From Octopus sinensis (taxonomy: Eukaryota), in NCBI RefSeq assembly GCF_006345805.1, contig NC_042999.1:21700001-21764000 (forward strand): 64,000 bases of DNA, in the 5' to 3' direction. Made by a program: the position numbers and the translations under genes. A model generated the notes under the pieces. That model was given only the letters and a program-made list of their open reading frames with translations, was not told the DNA's origin and made no database searches. Positions 1 to 11,810 of this stretch are shown one piece after another. Within the stretch, counting starts at the first letter, position 1. Each line of letters begins with the position of its first letter.

Positions 1-84
1 CAGGATAGAAGTAGTTTTTTGTGTAGTTCCACAGTTCCAATGTCCATTCCAATATTTTACAATCTATTACGAAGCATTTTGGCT

Positions 85-1421
85 GTTAGTTAGTTAGTTA
101 ATTTTTGCTCAAAAGCAAATAGCAAGGCCATGTAGGGGGACATGGAGTTAAGTACAGGGTGGTGTTCATGTAAAGAGTTCAGGCCACTTGTGGTCAAGGG
201 AGACTTTGAACTGAGCGGTCGTCGGCATATTCACCATCTCGTCCGGCAGCTTATTCCACGGATCCGCAACCCGGACGGAGAAAGCCCCTCTCCTTCGATT
301 GAGATGAAATCGTCGCAGGTAGAGCATTTCGGAATGACCCCGCAGCCGACGCTCTGGAGCAGGAGTGAAGAACAGCTCTTTCGAGAGGTTACACTTTCCG
401 CTTATGATGTTGTAAGCGAGAATGAGATCACCGCGGCGGCGGCGTTTTTCTAGAGAAAAAAGGTCGAGCGTCCTCAGCCTTTCTTCATAAGACAAATTTT
501 TGAGACCATTAACCATGCGGGTAGCCAGCTTCTGGACTCTTTCGAGATGCTGTATGTCTTTTAGGAGATAAGGAGAAGAGACTTGAATCCCGTACTCCAA
601 TATGGGTCTCACCAGCGTGACATAGAGTGGTAGGAATATGGCTGCTGTGAGCATTCCGAATGACCGTCGAATCAAGAACAGAATTCCGCGTGCTTTGTTG
701 GCAGCATGGACGCCATGGGCCGAAGGCGAAAAAGAGGAATCCATCAAGATACCCAGGTCCTTTACCTGATCGGTCCTCTCCAGCAGCAGACGACCCGGCT
801 CGAAATCCATTTGAGTTGCAGGAGGAGAGCCAACAGGCAGATGACAGCACTTTGACACGTTCAGACACAGGTCCCATTCGTTAGACCACCTCCAAATTTG
901 GTGGAGGCATCGACGAAGATCCTCTATATCACCGCGAGGAGCGACCAGTCGGCAAATAGAAGGGTGTGTTGCGTGAGGTCGTCGGGCAAGTCATTTATGA
1001 AGACTAAGAACAACAAGGGCCCAAGCACTGAACCTTGAGGCACGCCACTGCTCGCACTGGAGACGTCGGACCGCGAACCATTAACTTGGACTTGGAAGGA
1101 GCGATCTGAGAGGAAGGCACCAACCCATCGTACAATATCCGGATGGAAACTATATGCTTGAAGCTTGACAAGTAATAGGCGGTGGTTTACCGAGTCAAAA
1201 GCTTTGGCAAAGTCCAATAAAACGATGTCAACAGCATCACTATCATCGAGGATGCGCGTCACCAATTCTTCCATTACCAGTAAGTTGGTCAAGCGTGATC
1301 TCTTCGGCACGAAGCCGTGTTGGGAATCGGAGATAGAGGCTGTGTTTTGGAGGTGGAGCATCATACTTTTCTTAAGGATGGTTTCGAACATCTTGCTGAT
1401 TATTGATGCTACAGTTATCAC
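85..1421 (-). mobile_element. 5'-truncated CR1-group LINE remnant (RT core plus C-terminal domain, frameshifted) with (TAAC)n 3' tail
   Basis: ORF 924-1421: VLLDFAKAFDSVNH...SGVPQGSVLGPLLFLVFINDLP...LLFAD (RT motifs). ORF 166-858: LSYEERLRTLDLFSLEKRRRRGDLI...FSVRVADPWNKLP. Tail visible as gttagttagttag at about 86-100. Confidence 0.9.
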
Positions 1422-1779
1422 ACAAATAATTGTTCTTTTAGTCTTTCACGGGCTTTTCATCTCTCTGACTAGTTTCTGGTATTTCTCAATATTTTCGTTT
1501 TCTTTACTATCAATTCTGTTCTCTTGTAGGAATTGCCAAGCCTAGGATTTTACTCTGTTTATTTTGTCCTCTCATCGGACAATATTTGCGAGGAAGTCCC
1601 ATAAGATCCCTTAATTCTTATTCTCAGCTTCTGGTTCATATTTATACCACTCATTATGTCCTGTTCGTATTCAAGAGAAACTCCAAAAATAGCCGATCAA
1701 GAAACCCAAAGCACCACCGATGTCACCAGCCCTTTCCCAACTATTTATATTATTTACATTATTTAAATTCGGCGGATAT

Positions 1780-1824
1780 ACACAACGTTTCAGCGGATAT
1801 ACCCTCCAGCCTTCATCAGGTATC
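1780..1824 (-). ncRNA. Type-I hammerhead ribozyme motif, family A copy 1 (stem II partly decayed)
   Basis: Minus strand: GAUAC-CUGAUGA-A-GGCUG(gaggguauau)CCGCU-GAAA-CGUU-GUGUA. Core, ACGU palindrome and stem I are visible. Confidence 0.7.
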
Positions 1825-1871
1825 TTGGGGGAATTTCCAACCTAGGTTCTCATTCCTAAAGTATTTTTCGA

Positions 1872-1874
1872 TGT

Positions 1875-1906
<32 letters not shown>

Positions 1907-1923
1907 TTCTTCTCTTTTCTTTT

Positions 1924-2000
<77 letters not shown>

Positions 2001-2020
2001 CATTATTATTATTATTATTA

Positions 2021-2068
<48 letters not shown>

Positions 2069-2080
2069 GTTGTTGTTGTT
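1872..2080. repeat. Compound microsatellite (CTT)n(ATT)n(GTT)n
   Basis: Directly visible. Confidence 0.98.
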
Positions 2081-2767
2081 GTTCACGTCACTATGCCGTA
2101 TGCCCACGGGCATATGGCGTAGTGGTTAAGAGCACGAGCTACTAACCCCAAGATTCCGAGTTTGATTCCTAGCAGTGACTTGAACAATAACAAGAAGAAG
2201 AAGAAGAACAACAACAACAACAACAATAACAACAACAACAACAACAAGCACAAGAACAAGAAGCACAGTTTCTCCCATGTACGATGTCTCAGTAAAACAC
2301 GTGCGAAAGACACATGCGAAATCAACATCGGAATGTTTACAAATGATGTGGAACAAAAGAGTAAGTACGTAAATTGATTAATTACGCATACACTCGAATG
2401 TCTCTACATAATCATATATAAATTTTAATACCCATAGGACCACACATACATCCCAATGTTTACAAAACTTCGTGAAATTTACTGGACACTCATACACGAA
2501 TATGAAAGTACATGTCACAAACGAAGCAGAAGAATATATTACAAAACAATTTTCTTCTCGAATTAACAGAGACAGAATAAACAATTCTTAAGTTTAAAAA
2601 CAGCACAAAAAACTATGTCCGGAGATAAATCTGTCAACAAAAAAAAAAATACAGACTAATACAAATTTGTTATTCTTAAGAAGCTACGTTACAAGCAATG
2701 CTTTCATTCAGAGAACTCGGAGGCGGTGTTGTCTGCAAAAAAAATATACTATTATTATTATTATTAC

Positions 2768-2818
<51 letters not shown>

Positions 2819-2829
2819 CATTATTATTA

Positions 2830-2866
<37 letters not shown>

Positions 2867-2868
2867 CA

Positions 2869-2899
<31 letters not shown>

Positions 2900-3025
2900 T
2901 ATTATTATTATTATTATTATTATCATTATTATTATTATTATTATTATCATTATTATTATTATTATTATTATTATTCATTATTATTATTATTATCATTATT
3001 ATTATCATTATTATTATTATTATTA

Positions 3026-3062
<37 letters not shown>

Positions 3063-3079
3063 CATTATTATTATTATTA

Positions 3080-3128
<49 letters not shown>

Positions 3129-3129
3129 C

Positions 3130-3190
<61 letters not shown>

Positions 3191-3869
3191 GTTGTTGTGT
3201 TGTTCACGTCACTATGCCGTAGCCCACGGGCATATGGAGTAGTGGTTAAGAGCACGAGCTACTAACCCCAAGATTCCGAGTTTGATTCCTAATAGTGACT
3301 TGAACAATAACAAGAAGAAGAAGAAGAACAACAACAACAACAACAATAACAACAACAACAACAACAAGCACAAGAACAAGAAGCACAGTTTCTCCCATGT
3401 ACGATGTCTCAGTAAAACACGTGCGAAAGACACATGCGAAATCAACATCGGAATGTTTACAAATGATGTGGAACAAAAGAGTAAGTACGTAAATTGATTA
3501 ATTACGCATACACTCGAACGTCTCTACATAATCATATATAAATTTTAATACCCATAGGACCACACATACAGCCCAATGTGTACACAACTTCGTGAAATTT
3601 ACTGGACACTCATACACGAATATGAAAGTACATGTCACAAACGAAGCAGAAGAATATATTACAAAACAATTTTCTTCTCGAATTAACAGAGACAGAATAA
3701 ACAATTCTTAAGTTTAAAAACAGCACAAAAAATTATGCCCGGAGATAAATCTGTCAACAAAAAAAAAAATACAGACTAATACAAATTTGTTATTCTTAAG
3801 AAGCTACGTTACAAGCAATGCTTTCATTCAGAGAACTCGGAGGCGGTGTTGTCTGCAAAGAAAATATAC

Positions 3870-3947
<78 letters not shown>

Positions 3948-3958
3948 CATTATTATTA

Positions 3959-4013
<55 letters not shown>

Positions 4014-4024
4014 CATTATTATTA

Positions 4025-4077
<53 letters not shown>

Positions 4078-4078
4078 G
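2081..4078. repeat. Tandem duplication, unit about 1120 bp (2081-3201 and 3202-4078)
   Basis: Paired near-identical ORFs offset by 1120 bp (2378/3498, 2126/3246). Few substitutions. Junctions fall in (ATT)n tracts. Confidence 0.95.
2108..2185 (+). mobile_element. tRNA-derived SINE-like head (second copy at about 3228-3305)
   Basis: A-box TGGCGTAGTGG at 2115-2125 and B-box-like GAGTTTGATTCC at 2158-2169, followed by (AAC/AAG)n. No closed acceptor stem. Confidence 0.7.
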
Positions 4079-4174
4079 AGTGAGAGAGCAGTTCATGCCA
4101 TCAACGTGATACTGGGGTAAAATATACGAAGCCCAATATACCCATCATGACTACCCGTCTGATAAATGTACACC
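4078..4174 (-). mobile_element. 3' fragment of a (TAA)n-flanked retroposed element
   Basis: Same terminus as 4638-5124 (gagtgagagagcag...ctggggtaaaatatacgaagccc). (ATT)n on both sides. Confidence 0.75.
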
Positions 4175-4175
4175 T

Positions 4176-4204
<29 letters not shown>

Positions 4205-4207
<3 letters not shown>

Positions 4208-4483
4208 TAGTTTTATTTTTATAGCGTGCTTTCACTTCACTACCGAGCGCAGCTCTGTGTGCCTTGGGTATGTGCTGTGATTTGTTGTGATGCTCTGATG
4301 GTTATTGTATGGAAAGTGTTCTGCGTAGGATGTGTGCAGTGCCTAGTAGTGCAATTTTCTGTATGTTATATGTGTTTGTAAGTCCTGGTGTTTTTGTTAT
4401 GTATTTGTCTGAATATTTTTTTAGCATGCCTAATGCACCTACTATGAGAGGAATTGTTTCTGTTTTCAGATTCCACATTCTAG
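4205..4483 (-). mobile_element. R4/Dong-clade non-LTR retrotransposon 3' end (RLE C-terminus plus 3' UTR)
   Basis: RMWNLKTETIPLIVGALGMLKK...IQKIALLGTAHILRRTLS*, then about 95 nt UTR, then (AAT)n. Confidence 0.85.
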
Positions 4484-4513
4484 TTATTCTTCTTCTTCTT
4501 CTTCTTCTTCTTC

Positions 4514-4568
<55 letters not shown>

Positions 4569-4590
4569 CATTATTATTATTATTATTATA

Positions 4591-4637
<47 letters not shown>

Positions 4638-5124
4638 GAGTGAGCGAGCAGAGCATGCCATCAAAGTGACACTGGGGTAAAATATACGAAGCCCAGTATA
4701 CCCATCATGACTACCCGTCTGATAAAGGTACACCAGGCACATGCATCACAACCATATGTGCGCGACATGGTGATCTCATATCAAGATAAACAGCACATGA
4801 CCTTGCAGGTGGGGCCCAGTTAGAATTTTCTTCAGATCGAGTAACCCATCCCGCTCAAAAGGTCCCTGAATAAGGGTTGTTTAAGGACGTTGAACGAAAC
4901 ACCCATGTTTCCAGAGGTGAATTATTCAAACCCCAAAGAATCCTTCTCAACACATGGCTATGATGCTCCCCCACTACTTCTGCTCGCGATCAGAGATGCA
5001 CGTATCGTCAGCCACTAAGGGACATGCTCAACTGGTTAAGGTCAAACAACTGACAAGCAAATCTGTGGTATTGAGCAGAATATTTGCTGTAGCCCATCTT
5101 TTATACCAAGACAAAACAATGTAC
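4638..5124 (-). mobile_element. About 490 bp non-coding element between two (ATT)n tracts
   Basis: Shares its 3' end with 4078-4174 and 40862-40899. No ORF. Confidence 0.7.
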
Positions 5125-5155
<31 letters not shown>

Positions 5156-5236
5156 GCTAGCTGACAGAATCGTTAGTACACCGGACAAAATGCTTAGCGG
5201 TATTTCGCCCGTCGCTACGTTCTGCGTTCAAATTCC

Positions 5237-5311
<75 letters not shown>

Positions 5312-5312
<1 letters not shown>

Positions 5313-6600
5313 CTTCGTAATACAATATAGGTAAAAATTCATCGGAGTCCTTTAGTCATCTGTCAAGTCACAGCAAGGAACTCAGGCAGATAATACTTTC
5401 CATCAGATGTTCGCTGTGTCCATTAAGGCTGCTTTTTGCAAGACATCAATCTTGCATGGAATTTCCAATTGCCTTAAGAAGTTTTCTAGTTTCAATGGGA
5501 TCTAGTTTCAAGGCTCCGATCACCACTGGTATCATTTTTACATTATCGTCTCGCATTTCATACAGTCTTGCCATTTCAACCTTCAATTTGGAGTACTTGG
5601 TGGGTTTTTTATATCCTCTTTACTCACAATATTCATGTCATTTGAGATGGCTACAACAATGATGTGACAGTATTTGTCTCTCTTATTCAATATGACAATA
5701 TCCGGTCGACGGTCTTCGATTACACAATCTGTCTGAAAATCATAGTATCATTACTTTTCCATTCGCCTGCATAACTTTACTTGGTACATGCTCATACCAG
5801 TTCTCTGTTACTTCATATCGGTAATTATGACAATATGAGCTAATGAAAATATGCACATACACTTTATCGTGTCGGCACTTCTATTCCTTTTTGTGCAAGG
5901 CTCTAACATCCACTTACCAAGTGGATCACATTTTCCCCGCTCTTTCCACGTGTATGCCTTTCAAACTCTCCATGCACTCTCATTTCTCTTCTCTTCTCTA
6001 CTCCTTCGTTAAATTTTTCCCTGCCCATCATTTCATCTCCATTTACGCCCATATCTTTTGTGGCATATTGCAGCAAGCCTTCATCACTATTTACAAAATA
6101 CTCGGCAAGCGTTCTCTTTTCACTCCTTATTCAACGGTCTATACTAATTAGTTCTCTGCCACCATTCTTTCTTTTCATATACATTTCGTTTACGTTTGAT
6201 TTAGGGTGTAGCGGCCCATGGAGCGTCAACAAATTTCTCGTCCTTCTATCCAGTTTTGATATTTCCTCCGAAGTCCATTTGAGGGTGGACGCACTATAGC
6301 TGACCACCGCAACGGTCCAGATATTCATTACGGTAATCAAAGATTTGGCATTCAGGTTAGATTTCAACACCATCTTCAACCTTTTTGATGCGCCTCGCTA
6401 AACTTGACTTTCATTTCTCTGTGTAGAATATCATTCAACCCACAAATCCCTAAAAGTCTATACTCACTACCGTGGGGTTCACCCATGGTCTCTCCCGATG
6501 GTAACCGTAATCCTGTGTAGGTCGCTTTCTTCCCCTCTTTTCATATTAAGTACTGAGCATTCGGTAATCCCAAATTCCATACCGATATCCTTACCACACT
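5312..6600 (-). mobile_element. Decayed R4/Dong-clade element (post-RT region, CCHC remnant, RLE)
   Basis: ORF 6131-6379: NLNAKSLITVMNIWTVAVVSYS...LDRRTRNLLTLHGPLHPKSNVNEMYMKRKNGGR. Manual translation gives DFQTDCVIEDRRPDIVILNK and VKMIPVVIGAL. 3' end abuts (AAT)n. Confidence 0.85.
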
Positions 6601-6647
6601 TCTGGACTGTTTAAGGAATCTATCTGCGACATGGCATCTATCTACGA

Positions 6648-6767
6648 CATGGCTCTGGGTTCAGTCCCACAGCGTGGCCTCTTGGGCACGTATCTTCTTC
6701 TATAGCCTCGGGCCGACCAAAGCCTTGTGAGTGGATTTGGCAGACGGAAACTGAAAGAAACCCGTCG

Positions 6768-6802
<35 letters not shown>

Positions 6803-7062
6803 GTGTGTGTGTATATATATATATGTATGTGTATGTGTGTGTGTGAGAGTGTATGCGCGTGCGTCTGTGTTTGCCCACCTACCATCGCTTGACATCCGAT
6901 GTTGCTGTGATTACGTCCCCGTAACTTAGTGGTTCGGCAAGAGACACCGATAGAATAAGTACTAGGCTTACAAAGAATAAGTTCTGGGTGTCGGATTGTT
7001 CGACTAAAAGCTGTGCTCCAGCATGGACGCAAATGACTGAAACAAATAAGGGAATAAAAGAA
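6648..7062 (+). mobile_element. tRNA-derived SINE family 1
   Basis: gggttcagtccca...cttgggca(a)gtgtcttct, internal (TA)n/(TG)n, 3' gctccagcatgg...gactgaaacaa. At least 11 copies in the window. Confidence 0.9.
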
Positions 7063-7084
7063 TATATATAAGCAAAAATTGGTA

Positions 7085-7250
7085 GTTGTAAAATCTAAGA
7101 GATCAACTCAGTAGTTGTACTAACAAGTATTATTCGTAGCTACTTCAACATGGTTGTCCGTTCGAACGGACTCTATTGCAATGTTGTAACCCAAAAGTAC
7201 ATCTGTTTAACGATGCCTTTGGTTAACGATGCAGGGCTGCATCCGATAAA
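7085..7250 (+). repeat. Unclassified interspersed repeat (other copies about 10525-10680 + and 13023-13135 -)
   Basis: Shared ttcgtagctacttcaacatggYtgtccgttcgaacgga. Confidence 0.7.
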
Positions 7251-7324
7251 TTAAGAGCAGCGGAGCGAACCCCTATCACCTTCTAGCGACAGCACCGTCC
7301 CACCAATCCTGGTTTCAGGTTATT

Positions 7325-7548
7325 TCTGGCAGAAACGTTAGCACGCCAGCGAAATGCGTAGCCATATTTCGTCTGTCGTTACGTTGTGAGTTCAAATTCC
7401 GTCGAGGTCGACTTTGCTTTTCATCCTTTCGGGGTCGATAAATTAAGTACCAGTTACGCACTGGGGTTGATGTAATCGACTTAATACCTATGTCTGTCTT
7501 TGTTTGTCCCCTCTATGTTTAGCCCCTTGTGGGTAATAAAGAAATAGG
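7325..7548 (+). mobile_element. tRNA-derived SINE family 2
   Basis: tggcagaaacgttagcacgcc...gagttcaaattcc...ggggtcgataaattaagtaccag...agccccttgtggg. At least 11 copies. Confidence 0.9.
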
Positions 7549-8155
7549 TTATTTCTGCTCATCTTCAGTACTGATCACCTCATCTGCTAGAGATAGCAGT
7601 TGCTTACTTCTGCTTCAAATATATATTCATAATTAACATCATGATTTAAGGTCTCCCCCAACCCAGCTTCTGTTATAGACTGTTACTTTATACCCAATTT
7701 ACTACTCCTAATATTTTGACAATACTTATGACCACACCTAGCCATTAGGTATCAACTCACTCGTGCCCTTCATTTCAAACAGACACACTCCTCTAGTCTT
7801 AGATTTTGTAGTTGATAAAAAGATAATTAATTTAGAAATGAACTACAATCCTTTAGAAGCTATGACCCCAGTAAGCTTCATGCCTTTCTTTGAAGTGTAG
7901 TCTTAGCTAAAATAGCGACAACATGGATTTCTTTCATCTTCTTGCTCTGTTTAGAGTATTTCAGTTAAATTGTATTAATGTGCCCGACTGATTAAAATCA
8001 TATTTATTCGTGAAGCTGATGATAGCCCTGCATTTAAATTAATGTAATGATTGCATTGTTCAATTAAATGGAGTCGCTTGAAACGGTCGTACTGCATCAC
8101 TTCTTGATATCGTGTTGCTTATTTTGATATCCTTTTGCTTCTTGATATCCTGTTG

Positions 8156-8194
<39 letters not shown>

Positions 8195-8199
<5 letters not shown>

Positions 8200-8630
8200 A
8201 ATCAAGGAACGGCCATAATAGGCCATTCACCCACTAGAAATAACAGCCAAAAGCTTTAACCGCAAAATAACAATCGGCGGCTTATATTTATTTGCTGCCG
8301 ATAAATTTGGCGCGAGTGCGATGATTTGAAAATTTTAGGTCAGATATTGCCGAGGCAGGGACGGGAATGCCTCGTGAAAAATATCTGTTCCGACTTGGCT
8401 ATTTCTTACTGATGAATCTAAGGGCCTATGGTAGATTGGCTTGATTTAATTTAATCAGGTTAGTTTACCATTAAACAGTAGACGAAACGGTGCATCGTAT
8501 AAGAAATTACAGAGTAAATGTTTTTTAATTTTCTCCTGGTTTACGGAATTGATGTTATTTTGCGGTTAAAGCTTTTGGCTGTTATTTCTAGTGGGTGAAT
8601 GGCCTATTATGGCCGTTCCTTGATTGTGAT
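8195..8630. repeat. Foldback element with perfect 78 bp inverted arms (8195-8272 and 8553-8630)
   Basis: Arms are exact reverse complements by manual comparison. Confidence 0.92.
8401..8507 (+). ncRNA. Type-I hammerhead ribozyme with extended stem II
   Basis: Stem I AUUUCUUA (8401-8408) / UAAGAAAU (8500-8507); CUGAUGA 8409-8415; UCUA/UAGA plus an 18 bp G-U-rich hairpin; GAAA 8484-8487; stem III ACGGUGCAUCGU; GUA site 8497-8499. Confidence 0.85.
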
Positions 8631-8732
8631 GTTGAACTTAAAAATGGTCTATGACTATTTAATTTTTTCCCACTAGGCCGCTGGTGGCAAAAAAATTCTA
8701 CAAAATTTTTTTTTGCCACCCTATATTGATTA

Positions 8733-8770
<38 letters not shown>

Positions 8771-9082
8771 TATATATATATACAGAGAGAGAGAGAGAGA
8801 GAGAGTAGTGGTACAACAAAGCACCAATGTGTTTACTGGAAATAGCAGTCGATATATTTACTTACGACGTTATAGTAAAGCTTCATTGTGTATATACTGG
8901 GAAAGACGCGTGAAGGCAGCAAACATTAAAAAAAGTTGTCTTACCTCTAGGAAGAACATTATATAAATAGACAACTCAGAATCTTCTAAATTTACGGTGC
9001 CTTAATTTACTGGAAAGTAATACATTTGTATGGTAATATTTTATTTTCCATTGAATATATTATATATATATATATATATATA

Positions 9083-9240
9083 CTTTATTTTAAGCAGCAG
9101 AAAATTCAACAAAATCTGTTACTCTGAGTTTCTCGTTGCCGTTCATCAGAGAGTTTTTGCTAGCAAAAACTGTCTGATGAACGGCAACGAGAAACTCAGA
9201 GTAACAGATTTTGTTGAATTTTCTGCTGCTTAAAATAAAG
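9083..9240. repeat. 158 bp near-perfect palindrome (1 mismatch)
   Basis: Symmetric about GCTAGC at 9159-9164. Confidence 0.97.
9170..9207 (+). ncRNA. Type-I hammerhead motif (mirror copy 9116-9153 on minus)
   Basis: CUGU-CUGAUGA-ACG(GCAA)CGA-GAAA-CUCAGAG-UA-ACAG: stem I CUGU/ACAG, GNRA-capped stem II with an A.A closing mismatch, stem III ACUC/GAGU, GUA site. Confidence 0.75.
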
Positions 9241-9545
9241 CATATAACTCTACCACTGGTATTTGAGTACTCTTTTTTCCACCTTGTTTCACATTTATGT
9301 GTTTACTACGGTATATATATATATATATTAATAGTAATAGTATGACAACAAAAGAATGAATGAGACCTCGATATTATGTAAATAGAGGAATTCATCTGTA
9401 ATATAATGTGACAAATATTCGGTTGCCATACTAAAATTCCGAGTTTTGGATGTCAGGGTGGAAATCTGCTCCGGCATCTCGTCAGTTATTAAAACAAGCA
9501 AAAATGCATGTTTTGTTCGTATATATATATATACACTTTTAGCCT

Positions 9546-9951
9546 TTTACTTGTTTCAGTCATTTGACTGCGGCCATGCTGGAGCACCGCCTTTAGTCTC
9601 AAGCAACTCGACCCCGGGACTTATTCTTTTGTAAGACCAGTACTTATTCTATCGGTCTCTTATGCCGAACCGCTAAGTAACGGGGACATAAACACACCAG
9701 CATCGGTTGTCAAACAATGCTAGGGGGACAAACACAGACACACAAACACACACACGCATATATATATATATATATATATACATATATACGACGGGCTTCT
9801 TTCAGTTTCCGTCTACTAAATCCACTCAGAAGGCTTTAGTCGGCCCGAGGCTATAGCAGAAGACACTTGACCAAGATGCCACGCAGTGGGAGTGAACCCG
9901 GAACCATGTGGTTGGTAAGCAAGCTACTTACCACACAGCCACTCCAGCGCC
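9546..9951 (-). mobile_element. SINE family 1, near full length
   Basis: Reverse complement of ggagtggctgtgtggtaagtagcttgc...gactgaaacaagtaaaa. Confidence 0.9.
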
Positions 9952-10017
<66 letters not shown>

Positions 10018-10025
10018 ATATATAT

Positions 10026-10090
<65 letters not shown>

Positions 10091-10105
10091 GTTATATAAT
10101 TAGCG

Positions 10106-10346
10106 CTCAATAAAATAATTTACTTTACCACATACTGAAACTTTTAGAAATAGCAGCCAAAAAGTTTTTTTAGCCATTTCTTCTACTAAAATATTTTGTT
10201 GTTTTTCCCTCCATATCTACGTGAATTATTTTTGAGTAAGCACTATCTGGGAGACTTTCCTTATAGTAGAAGAAATGGTTAAAAAACCCTTTTGGCTGCT
10301 ATTTCTAAAAGTTTCAGTATGTGGTAAAGTAAATTATTTTACTGAG
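10106..10346. repeat. Foldback/MITE-like element
   Basis: Arms of about 85 bp (ctcaataaaataatttactttaccacatactgaaacttttagaaatagcagccaaa and its reverse complement). Confidence 0.85.
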
Positions 10347-10879
10347 CCCTAATTATATAACGTAATATTTTGAATATACCTTGAATGGTCCTTTTACATA
10401 CTGAACACTACTTGGTGAAATTAATTAATGATTAATTGATTTTACCCTTTTATTATATATATATATATATAAGTTTCAAGCAAATTATTTTGCAACGAAC
10501 AAATATGCTGGTTCTAAAATTTCTCTAAGAGATAAACGTAGTAGTCGTACTTACAAGTATTATTCGTATCCACTTAAACATGGCTGTCCATTCGAACTGA
10601 CTGTACAGCAATTTTTTATCCGAAGAGGACATCTCCTCCAGGTGGTTAACAATGCAATGGATGTTTAAATAATCGCAGTAGTGTCTGTTCAGGCGGCCAG
10701 CTATGTTGAAGTTGTTACATATATTACCTTTAGTACAACTACTGCGTTGTATAAGAAGAATCCCAAAACCTCTTATAGAGGTTTTAGAACTAGATTTTTG
10801 TTTGTTGCAAACTGAGCGTTTGTATGTTATATTATATATGTTGTATATTATGTATATATATATATATATATATTATATA

Positions 10880-10912
<33 letters not shown>

Positions 10913-10924
10913 ATATATATAATA

Positions 10925-11810
10925 TGCTGAAAAGTTTCAAGCTTTATACTATCAGCATGCAAAACTAAATGCAATAACCAATGAATACACTGGACCCGGA
11001 GGAATTGCAATTCCAGAGGCACAATCAGTGCGTGACCTGGGTATTTACATGAGTGATGACGCAACCTTTCGTGTACATGTTGCTAAATTGGCAATGAAAT
11101 GTAGACGACTGGCCGGATGGATTCTCAGAACCTTTAGAACAAGAGAACAAGAAACCATGATGGTCCTCTGCAGGACACTTGTCCTAAGCTACTTTGACTA
11201 TTGCTCTCAGCTATGGTCACCATCCAGTGTCAAGTTGATCACAGAACTTGAGGCGATCCAACGTAGCTACACGAAGAAGATAGCCTCTGTGCAGAATATA
11301 AGCTACTGGGAAAGACTCAAAAGATTAAAACTCTATTCCTTGGAGCGTAGACGAGAAAGATATGCCATAATATACATCTGGAAGATCCTGGAGGGACTTG
11401 TCCCAAACTTTGGCATCGAGAGTTACACAAATGCCAGAACTGGGCGCCACTGCGTGGTGCCTAGGACTCCAAATTTGCCATCAAGATGTAGGACAAGATA
11501 CTGTGATAGCCTCGGCTTCCGAGGCCCACAGCTCTTCAATATCCTCCCGAAGAACCTAAGAGACCTGCATAGGGTGGATGCAGATGTCTTTAAAATGAAA
11601 CTGGATCTCTTCTTGTCAGGTATCCCAGATGAACCAACTTCACGGCAGGAGGTGCAGAAGGGGGCAGCTGCATCGAACTCTCTCATGCACCAAATGGCAG
11701 TTGCTAAAACGCATTCGTGAAGTAAAACTATGTAGCAACACCAAATGGCGGTGCCCCAGCATGGCCACAGCTCGTGAGCTGAAACTAGAATCAATCAATC
11801 AATCAATCAA
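10925..11810 (+). mobile_element. 5'-truncated CR1-group LINE 3' end with (AATC)n tail
   Basis: ORF 11028-11720: RDLGIYMSDD...YFDYCSQLWSP...SYWERLKRLKLYSLERRRERY. Tail at 11789-11810. Confidence 0.88.

Noticed and set aside
2108-2185. Genuine tRNA gene (also SINE heads at 25230-25295, 43000-43070, 48343)
   Set aside because: A and B boxes are present but there is no complete cloverleaf, and they continue into repeat bodies.
2667-4120. Poly-I/L/Y/N ORFs, and IYIY/HTHT ORFs throughout the window
   Set aside because: Translations of (ATT)n, (TA)n and (CA)n microsatellites; not genes.
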